64,000 nucleotides of DNA from Candidatus Omnitrophota bacterium (lineage in GTDB: Bacteria > Omnitrophota > Gorgyraeia > Gorgyraeales > Gorgyraeaceae): NCBI GenBank assembly GCA_042570105.1, contig JBHPHW010000001.1:19932-83931 (forward strand), given 5' to 3'. The notes beneath the pieces are model-generated. The model was not told the DNA's origin. It was given only the letters and a program-made list of their open reading frames with translations, and did not search any database. The position numbers were made by a program, and so were the translations under genes. Every line of letters starts with the position of its first letter. Position 1 is the first letter of the stretch. Below are positions 24,301 through 26,316 of this stretch, one piece after another.

Positions 24301-25861
24301 AGAACCTTATTTAGCCGTAGGGTCATGGAAACCTTTTAAGATCTTTTTGAGAGGTGCTGATGGTAAGTCCATTACTGATTTGAAACCTTATAAAGAATTA
24401 GAAGACTTAGCTAATAGGGATCCAGAAAAGTTTTTACAGGAACTCAAGAAGCTCATCGCCCAAGGAGAAGTCTTTCTGGGGGGATGGCGCCTAGATTACG
24501 AATTGAATCCTGAAAAACTTAACTGGTTACAGTCTTATGTATCAGGCCTGCCGCAGCTACCGTGGCGCGTGGAGATTGATAAACTTCCTGCCAGAAAGAT
24601 CCTTGCATCACTCAATCTTTTAGAATCCGAAAATATACCTGGCGTAACACTTGAACGTGAATGGGAAGAGGAAGAGATGGGCTTGCAAGTTAAGAGGTTT
24701 AAGCTTCCCAAAAGGCACACTGTCGAAGTAGCTACAGAAGGAATTGAAATCCTCCAACAAGAACTGGCAGATCCAAGAAAAGTACAACTTACAACCTTTG
24801 ATTTCCTTTATAGCCCTGAAGGCTATCTAGTTGCAGTCTTCCCAGTTATTTCTCAAGAAAGGACCAGCTTGTCTCCTGCGGACAAAGAGATCAGTGATAT
24901 GAACCTCAGGTATCTTAATCTTTCTCGATATTACTTTGAAATTCCTCCGCTTAAAGGCCCTAGGGCAGAAGAATTATGGGCAAAATATGTAAAAGAACAG
25001 CCTGAATTAGAAAAGAAGATACAGGTCTATCGAGACTCAAACTTTGGATCACTTGATATAATAGATCTACCTTCAGGTACGTCGCTTCATATTCCTTACT
25101 TAGTATTAAGTGCTGATATATCGGAAGGAGAAGTAATGCTAGATGCATTTGATCCTGATTTTGAGTCTGAAGAAGAGCCAGAAATTAAATACGAGAAGAC
25201 TATGATATTACCATTTCCTACAACTTGCGAACTTAATATTGATGAGGATGAAGGATATTTTAGGGCACTTCTCACGAGACTCGGATTGTACGAAGGAGCA
25301 GATGTTCTAGTGGTAGGACCTGGGACAGGGATTGATACGTGGCTTGCATGGCTTAAGACAAAAAATAAGATTGATGTTATTGGAATAAATCCACTCGAGG
25401 TTGCAGATACAGAATTGACCGCAGAATATTCAGGATTTGAAGTTGAGACAATTGTTGGCGACAACATAATTGATGAAAAAGGGGATCCGCGTTTTAATCG
25501 GAAATACGATTTTGTAATCTGGAACATGCCTGCATTTGGATCACTTTCAGGAATACGTAATGGATCGATTGAGAAAACTTCCTTGTTGCAATACCATGAT
25601 GGTGATGTAGATGGAGCAATGTTACGTCGTTTTGCAAAAGGTCTTCATAAAGTGCTTAAACCAGGTGGTAGAGCCTTGATATGGAATGCATTTGAAACTT
25701 TAGAACCTTTTGAAATTCTCAAATCAGAAGGGATTAAGGTTGAAAAACTTAATAGAGATGCATATTTACTTACTATTAATGAAGAGGCATTTACGCATAT
25801 AAATAGCGAAGGTATTGGTGAAAAAGTTACCAGAACCGCTGAAAGGAGAACATGCATATAA
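2..25861 (+). CDS. Giant multidomain membrane-associated protein (>8,600 aa), 5'-truncated by the window edge
   Basis: The ORF track gives 71..25861 (8596 aa). The frame is also open from nt 2 (QGLNDIIGRVEKVLPYINDNSFDLV...), in the middle of a methyltransferase domain, so the true start lies upstream. Many recognisable in-frame domains and several hydrophobic TM clusters. Confidence 0.93.
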   Translation, partial: QGLNDIIGRVEKVLPYINDNSFDLVTMVNTFGIMGRERYGEPIDQEWLMKEIARILKPGSFVAILDPFRDITINKQEESAIKAGLDIVHSKIHSHPHHSENVLVACKFPLVTQEGQIEDGKVEVAFDYLFNLVGFSTKLRRVREYGKTLRDLIDNLEVKYSDIRRRILDSEGDLREVIIISRNGEVLERAKALDTELNPGDVVQIFHRVGGGSGTELEADLTESLYELTGIEKRIWQHAIKELKPEEIALLDERLNSPGLVGPLLIHFYLDTYVARDNGIEKLAVLALDYLAQEDIDIEAVIRDEHKEEFEQVRRLYLWYQWRIIDGKYIEYYNSEEIARMSGVSVDIVNSYKDMIRRHLVWMYSLNWVVRCRERIRAKARTRGWSEEKLREELGVSEERYGYIGWVAERIWPSYVKKASEIFRKEVSFLMYGGGRAEVLDRLPIGSRIRLLRYEKGLTREELALRYEGNARLIGDWESGIRIPNPNNMKQLAEALGVEVSEVMYGLERSEALKVLTMGGRIELFRYERGLSQRALESECDIRVNGTVGAWEKGRGIHRADEVKKLAEVLGVEVSEILHGLERSEALKVLTPGDRVELFRHEKGLAKGKLASMMKGIPLPERTKKLAEILGVDVSEILYGLERSEVLKVLTLGKQIRLFRNEEGLTQGMLASRCDVNDSTVERWEMDIRTPEPDNMEKLVEIFPELSQIGESGTDGSPIVIADWDTQVEEGLKRLLFTPVFEDNEALWQKALTLLRTDPPHSLRSLYQTFQRVLNKKGFPFGKFQETYRGRINFTEELQPPVLKPWQETERPSLDTIAYVKLQQRKLLHAVWRRLPYILHADPESQFEIVISTMGENDILDLPRREDVLWVDVLLKGDTPLYRELNAKLPGLDYEQLQGSLGIIKLIAATNEHNEPVLIAPWIGVNPGIWKWASRERSQVEGWHREALTALELLKDQIGVKEILIPTSTQMKALPPLQQKINDHPPFENVLGLHYSRPSPQHKEVTRTVTLWNNEAEMTAKFWSTVSDGSEGRVAPLIPQWKPHHIDERITAFTRKAKLHMSGIFTEKEIDSVIQRFEIIDESLYRRHFSLITVESSSPGDEESPSENALYLLQVAPTLLGVRPKSYVLVDWRAGESFSDIEKWILQLNALAPLLLHVNRELALNVPFGQSLIVVRDSVINERLNDLIRSSGWGRGISYKEEEYEYWAKEGFPSLYVDLMRERTRLDQSKPSTGIWSRWLEGVGVPEIDTLSDAETVLLQRELDRFDATLELMADYLREVWGVPIDFRRLPRLLGKTATRRRTRVVPRISLPKQQTSDPVTDSSESSYSRLSSDRRFSVDSILIDSHQEQVREILAGFILGEISEVEAIDRIIALGIDRGLAEAYTLQVQSPLMMLGGKEPDPAGGTIGTAVVPLDILPDTAGEPETDFSDSSEWETPLLWLGHVLNLYDSKSFMRKGRDVSDRRISETAHGFDGLHFDKNKEDALYEYYKLCLEWEQGLVDSEAIDKFLSELWEKEKLIKELSKEDNWYLFSALRDERQRFISISCAEHWYRNMGIRLGGLENKIAKTCLEMMKKDMGSFSMVILPLVTSIISHMPPPGLEDSEGLAVISEVSFWQSSSQDRRLRSIFMQFYHFVPHGIWADYLEKLSKHLSPNEARPIIKRAVDILEKIWRGQQKIDEDLEGQILPLSEEEWSREVFMFYLFLALEEGCSRGDIERLVVRTIINPETLRIFPQKELERLEAILNEIKERGVPPKWAEGLLERQTHLEAEINRRSGKSSQDNVSAQETPDGFVVKGKAFFNIAWRHQFVQKLDVIFEKPIRHATREVMLKSSLEFLSEVVEKRSLDPVERGSLLEWMNAPYLSLSSHYLIVSVFLKDFKARAKERAIPEENIPSIIQDIRERNTLVADLPGSDVTANDRLEYFRQNLGESSDLIPFGWGYVACSGIQDPTIYFLDPQGYISLQSFNLKWALEKNFDVPYPVLQAYPEWDIGSLSGWWIEAEDFEKLVPKLLEVKDSAPEEIKEQLERLRQEIIERCNDSPYLTWEGSIGVIHGLLRQYPGWKDGEGLLKELREMPRAPNGTQDNEIAFFHIFGDGHAQRLPDVLNMKHCSRDWRLYGQMGKPKFKIEARWGLDGRCRATLGGRAYIGGSGPRTYRFSFKDGDFTTEKTLDAMWVRLWPHEKEHKLLVTSNRGMTLFVRDEQDVKVLWELPLAMQVVDRVRWIGEGDRLSWLLVETPDKVFIVDARTGEIKERFHLPIKGVDIECDFEDEDYKYLYLTVHTHNLAGGHITEEGIQYGPVWSVDLLKMAEEEGEVRQSPLPVTPRVIEKLRQALKEVNVDTTSLTDEQIEQLYRIIRHRERRPKQHLRQIADLTRGSSLGWNVSMRQRVRDVLADFAKTALTENLTGRQLQEIGAGQQVRVLTGQGLDYVIKVQRYREEIRATYDRMDVDPQSFEYQFAVRRTFEGYQEGNRTAEEILKDTGTILEIESLASHGVSLTFTNKAGEQETVSPDSFEVQKRADYTGGEMLERLINEGRIDEAKQLLTDFFELNHKLWRLGVLLYDFNILENIGVMVDADGQFQLYLMDFGATLRESPLTHRWVNTLFPTGFFMGGDTIFGRSPHIVVLKDELRRFGDTNGEVFSHWVKLVREYLTIGQFNAIWRIDVVDQGIVDEKHPISSSWTRKAMVTSGLGAVISAGLIGLASQLPELKNILYIILPVLGVSFIFTNGILYALHRNLRRLEDQISTGTIRAGPHSLIRPFHNALPSEENSPYLAYANSGILYVNKGALTNLNPILQYAVYLHELTIHIIPYILWGIFCDLLWIKRGIREVKIGQVHLITARHFDNRTINEFRLALDKCQNKKEVLGLLEKYQPLLEGTERAVEQILQYVKQGKKVAVGVEQDPSALKEILQEMPENIANLRIIMQRKRIDWTDANSDIFEKIISIYSKIAGVLYFSHKELLDSGQVELIGLDSDRLRNVPSIVTDDARGQAIALLGTLSQMSMEVVEEELEIRDAHMSKKILSYYKNPDKSDVTFVVLLGSRHFRRMKNNLIVLGLHELVDWYALQPGEVSARWIRKAKDLLLELSQYGWLGMGYLKDLSPDVIIKLSRAIYVHRKKESNDFEGSEVVERFWKNSHITYEYAERFGEVYAYWYAQLDDAKKSGKLIKLPTFGEDDEVLDIGSGLSGLNIIENWDSPARITLLGNDPFVIAMLMTAKRIYGRNNIKIVYSYVNEWRFPEDTFTYIRADKILPYLSEEERERLFEEVYSALRNGGTFASVNITDDLDLPEECASSLRELGLDAVVRPLPYEFDEISDAIKVGIFAVKKSGGIIDSQLSERGRKLVEWVEESQGVDVTELREWLDFTKIRNEAQGGFVILDWTTFWGLSWGSLSSLIKTIVSDNLEPLDDALRREKQYIVSSAEKALHEAIKNAEIWGSDHLPGHLAIVTWHIAPDGLTFHIIDEAVGQSDTELESPRLVPGSRPLPSDGWIGDGEGIRQIEQLGFSVEAHAIVKDGSRLGTDVILRKNFVARKGQISSRLKRFLIVPSVVIAGLFLSGFTGDYEDVLNLVLGIFSAVVLIGAWGYILSPKLVEWWGHFWDWFKGYYLQIGIVLLVIGVSFPIFLYQGNIKEVMGEFGYLGAFLISMVNNLTVIVPGPGILAAISLATEFNPWLIAFLAGLGATFGQVTSYGLGYSSEPVVKKVWGYKRISGGMRRWGGPFIFLMYLLPPVFPFADIAGIIAGTLRYPLLKYFLYCMPGNILKHIYLVWGGVLGWDALSPFLPDIFKLGSSSIESNMMAFLPFAGLFMVGGVLSGPTTKIAAERDENGVTVSLPGNGGKSKVRFSREEVLILTARGQSSEELAEETGIDLPSRILLLKRSIFSKLKEAWVAFDTLDDARDMYLSAIKRELLKKGYPEAIVNVAAMSETPWKEARRVLNEIQIRLDEGRSPSLALPWAIIYRSPRQAINLGTEIAMQEFLNEASSPERRNESIRFLRELERVAPEEDINMEIIRICSLSPETIEMFAREKSSDVFGDLIKDALSKPLLTPNQRRILNTVKENPGLIEAEISRRTGFMESTVTRNIRILESKRLVQTARVKGRVEVYLYGQVPEDALLTIDRILALLRKNPQQGLTIKAIARRIGVSKSTVRRNVDVLKSKGLVKIVKEGRGFRVYLPSKFQETAREKILNALREDPEKVLRKSTIGRKAGIPKTTVKRHIDILESEGLVRTKEVVGGIGVYLPDEVPEDILTTDEKILKALGEENDLTQEALSKKTGLHVDTVGSAVKRLEAKGLLKIEKSGIRNANRVHLKTDKDASLIKPAISGGSEESFVLQLPDGTAHIFAPGDRIRHPLYGNGIILEVVPDKDGVPGVNIEFSYSKEGQAKLSLCLELSALQGKLSPLERESGSLVKRENEDSLDDTERNILGLMAKGKTYREIAEETEIPVKKITTSIFSAIRRKFKTTSRGDPDLRLRTIIIGAKRGDIEDLNIANFVRRIDRLLIITRTLLNGQEDAIVAFMDEGFSNREIASELGIEEGEVEAHISNINRELKESIEEITEESILNLEETGTILPLSDLEREILRANGDSPREVAEELDKAGGQIESYWNSILVKFNVSTITEARKIFFVKIRGGLLEQGYPELIADGVARDKNPVKEARELLGRQEGFIEDGYPPRLASLLALKERDPENIIELGIEIAIQEFLEGRNSKCIEFLEGLMEEVSIEDITDKIRNICLRDLEILKGFSRIKQSTRFGDLIKSIIPDTPNQEKTLKIVQENPGLTAREIAGRTQAAIRTVNRHVKELKDKDLIETRRVGREVRVFLKGEVPADVLTYREKILKIVQENPGLIITEIARRTRIPGTTVRRHVEELESKDLIETRRVGIEVRVFLKGEVPADILTSRERILKILKENPGLTTTEIARRTQIPGTTVRRHVKDIESTDADREDAGGEESTPQPLVAVAGPGTWAPEGELVALVDSELPRGARQHHPENLFDDQIERMLYPEHQQRGGGSNATESHMTTLVDQVREGNPTAIQEAIALLKKTSSSLLDSQMNELEQAVCESLEIFFHEINPAFQEALREGTSFIEPATPPIGRYSYPIKRYRYPICCMASSGAMLQIVKERFGKDIEISAVRADIHKGSSEKHDWNELKIGSRRFYLSFTDHQFDRRLWVHNPRDRSKWYVNERDVQDYDDLSAEERDRLVVFEEITGIEEAFYKDHGLTFVEPNFNKFDNEDEIQRVIAFFYEISDQKELESTAAGESRDELAIAPRISEGIQERKSLTPLGQKMYDWWVALIHENPEKVYQIQLKKTIAQAVEVDPKTVFNNRAKVNQHLNADGYPIIPNNVADVIYNWWVALIKENPEKAYQVQFKEAIAKAIGVQPKTVSHNLAGINRRLKDDDHLVIPNKVADAVYNWWRIAIEEDPEKVYQIHYRKVIAQAVSVKENTITHYLTEVNQRLKNDGHLIIPNNAADAIYNWWFVLIAQDPEQAYQKQSRETIRKATRINIHSVSTNNLAKVNQRLESEGRPQIKVGRRSRAEESEQPERPLAITSARGREFHRLENGMLLPGPFTPQDIDPLSLLFGNRGTTTPHTNRGVPDVLSLDFLGLGGGRARGYQRKKYPSIAQSSHRPGGDRKFPIITGGSEPRIQGRSIPYSDEEKEILMAYGETIETINKELPHIVSRRIELLISSIEVKSDRSLLEAREDFLPIGDKLSRKGYSSNIIESVNQKIEEGYPESLAFPGAIMAQDPKRAAELGVAQAFREYWQTRNPKCMEFIRELSVISEEDVDNEIWKIYQTKTREMLRFIRIIVMIFPAFIPRARKRKILGFVKENPGAEQREIEKELKIPSSSLSKDIDELEEEGLIEKRRAGGQNRIYPKGKVPDIVLPRIQERILNVIKEKPGLIGADIGRELDIPWFNVGYNIRRLEKRRLIKKVEVRGEARIYLEGETPETALTKREEEILRLVREKPGLTHAEIARRIGLTPITIKINTERLEELDLVERVKLLKWDRIYPKGEVPEVPLIERQKRIYRAIQDNPGISQRELEEKAKVTEGTVRRDLKKLKEVGLVRMFRVGRGYRIYPEDKAPESPLTVIQETILEDVKKNRGTTQAAIAKRTGYKNGVVSSNLRKLEEIGKVEILRTGLGTRVYLKGRAPKVSLTQREERILRLVRRNHGLTLKEIDERLRIPRGTTNYNVKKLEQSGEVETIEVEGKIKVYPKGKVPKVVLSKRQSEIFDIVKETPGITRPELARRVEITGAALDKHRARLEQKGLIEIVRVEKEIRIYEKGKAPKTPITTNQETILEVARDFPGLTYEEIFQLGLFAFINTVGGVARRLRAKGLVRIIRDGQTMRVYSTEEGETILEHLKPIKSLPASVVYHGLSITVREFIDTLEIKDKILDDQGNLKVNIYINDEAARLDSLIENDDKVSIMSIGAKSDKGSSATFSLGGTWMLVRLISLAAMIALFTLPVSWRGLGFATIIAMVDLDQFCAAVDPRIVRLFSGRGNRGLLRPFSNAEPLDQLEVSERTIKHGIYNGKPTISLVKDGKIYADKDKLSHIGPYNQLLIYIHELFHKLLWFGEGRHWKELFANIGVASFLLVKNVAPLLLILIFTDITNMLALIPLIITPILSHKFFSAIAARWTVGRVTLIAGKDLEEKIKEVVSLMKSREYDRALQIINPLIEEHRRYILSELRAEASNGLQRSIAERLSSEIDFNLPLKDQAVFDAVSMMARHGAYSRYSSVTMENLGSLMVFHDLSLHLKENGMISNSNDLKELYDGFLQPYRYATAGVPVLNIAARIKPFSLDLMNHMSEEFYMYCWRAIRAQRNYILRAVDHIWNSLVGVFLVVRNLIQVSLVSHKIRRKIEERNAMVAQILLSHLGEDSGFKTRISRLKNAPDVLGSLYKSEPIDFAALLALVDTSGFYYSAPSVATEHEKGQIVRKGKEIVNIGVDASMYHPLDVDYLSLLEEGHNRDDANMVLIHDSSKVSIKKVNGKKVISVSEGIMFHNRALKLVRFDEPLTLHYIANFQGGIDGYISKVNVPSCGHSSITDYTEEKDISDLILRESGISLPETSAIIVRDSGVASLVERRKNADNVYIMTQEDHKEMREFDDPTFRGRIKEMLIGFLKGHKLEEAVLKPNRAAHGDDVLFFDEQNLDEATDKALQLLQAGQNIIMQERIKPPFVMEEDGPKDWNLRIFVSHDQHDQPIVSDMDNMLVRIDKEGDAVNISKTAKVCTIEEVASQLGISEIELGEIKEQVEEISIKAFQAIENAMRDDKVLGDSEHSTDLMGVDVMVVKEEGKWVVYMIEVNDFHSGGQGFLDRHLRELQAQGVTIAKDSIGKANRDFVATMVRRAQKYAGVVDFNPSIYRKIRAQLKRLRYSDAYSNKVFGELISRDRHMPNGDASRPDASSMEDQLELIKRDIEELVRKKTDRSDRTFNIYCVGIGQDTIGTTTILQILYETLLGRQKVLSESDKPKADPENCTVRIFRIDPREEVVEKAQAYFDEVMANPLESIGVNFGTLVVEAHCANALDPDQLSEVKRHIRSSHKKRWYQRNFDADYVFHRSLSYPNSMAQDPESALYKDLRSMSVEDMATFIDMFLQSYNVLLAFGKNGTHYIVEPGGIGHSRHLKDDRESYEVGVYRVPGTKIITRRELMSMTDDQDPQIPLGSIGDRATGILKVNNINAVRKMKLQNFQQAIEDSKAKTVKKLLDAAPLIKTEGLLPDGTEWRIEPFEKSDKRLLNEWFAYENRSLLIPVTTHYLRSFLRSGGFDYKFITINSEGEERIEGVLGHSHRFPSGWRYDLKGFKAWWPYIDIVELASWNRGRKRQIKGIASRLMAVTIRDYLFQGFDGRTLVCAETRDGRRLVSRIGFEPISHRGFFPHWYELTPEKALEFLEQQIKLESDKGDSAVNQTTEAKELVEPVDPNEIQTSPIGPSYQFVGDFSEKGSMLRAQVKSEVGLQYELSIERIPAESSIESILIHRDSYDYNLRYNGSQVMNIRVTNVDGKIYIGYIGRADRDRIHDGVYYMLFNIMLCDLKDRVGLDFNGLKVGGVMGLRYSNPRIAAGSNRFGIELLEEEQERVLELIEREVESGVSIKYVAERAEEPYLAVGSWKPFKIFLRGADGKSITDLKPYKELEDLANRDPEKFLQELKKLIAQGEVFLGGWRLDYELNPEKLNWLQSYVSGLPQLPWRVEIDKLPARKILASLNLLESENIPGVTLEREWEEEEMGLQVKRFKLPKRHTVEVATEGIEILQQELADPRKVQLTTFDFLYSPEGYLVAVFPVISQERTSLSPADKEISDMNLRYLNLSRYYFEIPPLKGPRAEELWAKYVKEQPELEKKIQVYRDSNFGSLDIIDLPSGTSLHIPYLVLSADISEGEVMLDAFDPDFESEEEPEIKYEKTMILPFPTTCELNIDEDEGYFRALLTRLGLYEGADVLVVGPGTGIDTWLAWLKTKNKIDVIGINPLEVADTELTAEYSGFEVETIVGDNIIDEKGDPRFNRKYDFVIWNMPAFGSLSGIRNGSIEKTSLLQYHDGDVDGAMLRRFAKGLHKVLKPGGRALIWNAFETLEPFEILKSEGIKVEKLNRDAYLLTINEEAFTHINSEGIGEKVTRTAERRTCI
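362..640 (+). other. Giant-protein domain: MoaD/ThiS/SAMP ubiquitin-like beta-grasp with internal GG terminus
   Basis: TLRDLIDNL...ILDSEGDLREVIIISRNGE...LDTELNPGDVVQIFHRVGGG. Confidence 0.8.
1328..2118 (+). repeat. Four tandem XRE/Cro-C1 HTH domains inside the giant ORF
   Basis: IGSRIRLLRYEKGLT..., GGRIELFRYERGLSQ..., GDRVELFRHEKGLA..., GKQIRLFRNEEGLTQ...; the DNA repeat encoding LGV(E/D)VSE..(Y/H)GLERSE.LKVL starts at 1487, 1709 and 1889. Confidence 0.88.
7220..7990 (+). other. Giant-protein domain: protein kinase-like (PKL) fold
   Basis: Gly-rich EIGAG, YVIK lysine, catalytic-loop-like GVLLYDFNILENIG, and MDFG. Confidence 0.65.
8492..9170 (+). other. Giant-protein domain: TraB/GumN/EreA/ChaN-superfamily-like
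   Basis: Ordered motifs HLITARH, VAVGVE, LIGLD, IRDAHM, VVLLGSRH. Confidence 0.55.
9500..9970 (+). other. Giant-protein domain: class I SAM methyltransferase
   Basis: EVLDIGSG motif I; FPEDTFTYI; LFEEVYSALRNGGTF. Confidence 0.78.
10250..10585 (+). other. Giant-protein domain: HATPase_c (RsbW/anti-sigma-factor-like)
   Basis: N-box ALHEAIKNA, degenerate G1 IIDEAVG, G2 GDGEGI, terminal GTDVIL. Confidence 0.65.
10880..11330 (+). other. Giant-protein domain: VTT/DedA (SNARE_assoc) membrane domain
   Basis: GYLGAFLISMV...VPGPG...AGLGATFGQVTSYGLG...ADIAGIIAGTLRYPLLKYFLYCMPG. Confidence 0.8.
12131..12923 (+). repeat. Winged-HTH array A (4 units, MarR/ArsR-like) inside the giant ORF
   Basis: Repeated IL..L.ENP....I.R.TG....TV.R....LESKGLV.......VYL...VPED. 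Confidence 0.85.
13019..13190 (+). other. Giant-protein domain: PcrA/UvrD C-terminal Tudor-like domain
   Basis: FAPGDRIRHPLYGNGIILEV...VNIEF matches the GDxVxHxxFGxG signature. Confidence 0.6.
13244..13860 (+). repeat. Three LuxR/sigma-r4-like HTH units inside the giant ORF
   Basis: LDDTERNILGLMAKGKTYREIAE; FMDEGFSNREIASELGI; LSDLEREILRANGDSPREVAEEL. Confidence 0.72.
14282..14809 (+). repeat. Winged-HTH array B: about 2.6 near-identical 201-bp tandem units
   Basis: aacccagga recurs at 14321, 14522 and 14723 (period 201 nt = 67 aa); long identical DNA runs; third unit truncated before the wing. Confidence 0.92.
15833..16583 (+). repeat. Four tandem 62-aa HTH-like repeats (Y[DN]WW...[ND]PE..YQ)
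   Basis: tggtgg at 15863, 16049, 16235 and 16421 (exact 186-nt period). Confidence 0.88.
17453..19054 (+). repeat. Winged-HTH array C (8 units of about 68 aa) inside the giant ORF
   Basis: Eight copies of .Q..IL..V.E.PG.T..EI......[variable helix]..L...GL(V/I).......RIYP.G..P. Confidence 0.88.
19130..19290 (+). other. Giant-protein domain: second MoaD/ThiS-like domain lacking the GG terminus
   Basis: TVREFIDTL...ILDDQGNLKVNIYINDE...LDSLIENDDKVSIM parallels the 362-640 domain. Confidence 0.65.
21090..22060 (+). other. Giant-protein domain: ATP-grasp ligase (RimK/glutathione synthetase-like)
   Basis: GISLPET, AVLKP...HGDDV, IMQERI, NLRIFV, VNIS, MGVDV, MIEVN. Confidence 0.8.
22240..22860 (+). 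other. Giant-protein domain: degenerate CheR-like methyltransferase
   Basis: FNIYCVGIG...VRIFRIDP..EVVEKA...ANALD...DYVFHR follows the CheR motif order, weakly. Confidence 0.4.
23168..23690 (+). other. Giant-protein domain: GNAT acetyltransferase
   Basis: YIDIVELASWNRG..RQIKGIASRLM (motif A) ... SRIGFEP. Confidence 0.68.
25200..25780 (+). other. Giant-protein C-terminal domain: HemK/MTS-like methyltransferase
   Basis: VLVVGPGTG, KYDFVIWNMP (NPPY-like), DGDVDG, LHKVLKPGGRALI. Confidence 0.75.
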
Positions 25862-25943
25862 AAAACTTTAGAAAAAACTTTAAAAATTTGAAACATTGTG
25901 GTAGACTTGTTGCATTAAGTAACGCCACGGAAGGAGGTGAAAC

Positions 25944-26282
25944 ATGAGATCAAGTGATTTTGCAGAGAAGAGGAGATTTAAAAGGTTAGATCTGTCTCTT
26001 CCTATGACACTCAGGCGTACTTCAGATAATGGGAAAGAAGAAGCCCAGGATGGAGTTACGATCAATGTGAGCTTTAATGGGGCATATGTAGTAGATATAG
26101 ATATAGGAAGCATAAAGCCCAATGATAGCTTACATATATCCCTATCAGTGCCAAGGGACGATACAAGGGATTTCCCATTTTCCCGTCTTACAGGAAAGGC
26201 AGAGGTAGTAAGGGTAGATAAAGATGGCCTTGCGCTTGAATTTACGGAAGATATAAATAGACTTTTTGTCGCTTCTAGCTGA
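25944..26282 (+). CDS. PilZ domain protein (putative c-di-GMP receptor)
   Basis: EKRRFKR (RxxxR) and NVSFNG (D/NxSxxG) motifs; strong SD AAGGAGGTG. Confidence 0.88.
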   Translation: MRSSDFAEKRRFKRLDLSLPMTLRRTSDNGKEEAQDGVTINVSFNGAYVVDIDIGSIKPNDSLHISLSVPRDDTRDFPFSRLTGKAEVVRVDKDGLALEFTEDINRLFVASS

Positions 26283-26316
26283 TTTTAAAATTTTTTAAAC
26301 TTAGAAGGATAGACAG

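Noticed and set aside
25850-25861. C-terminal ...RTCI as a CaaX prenylation motif
   Set aside because: Cys is at position -2, not -4.
2-25861. NRPS/PKS, RTX or adhesin identity for the giant protein
   Set aside because: No C/A/T/KS motifs, GGxGxD repeats or Ig-like repeats were seen in the visible part.
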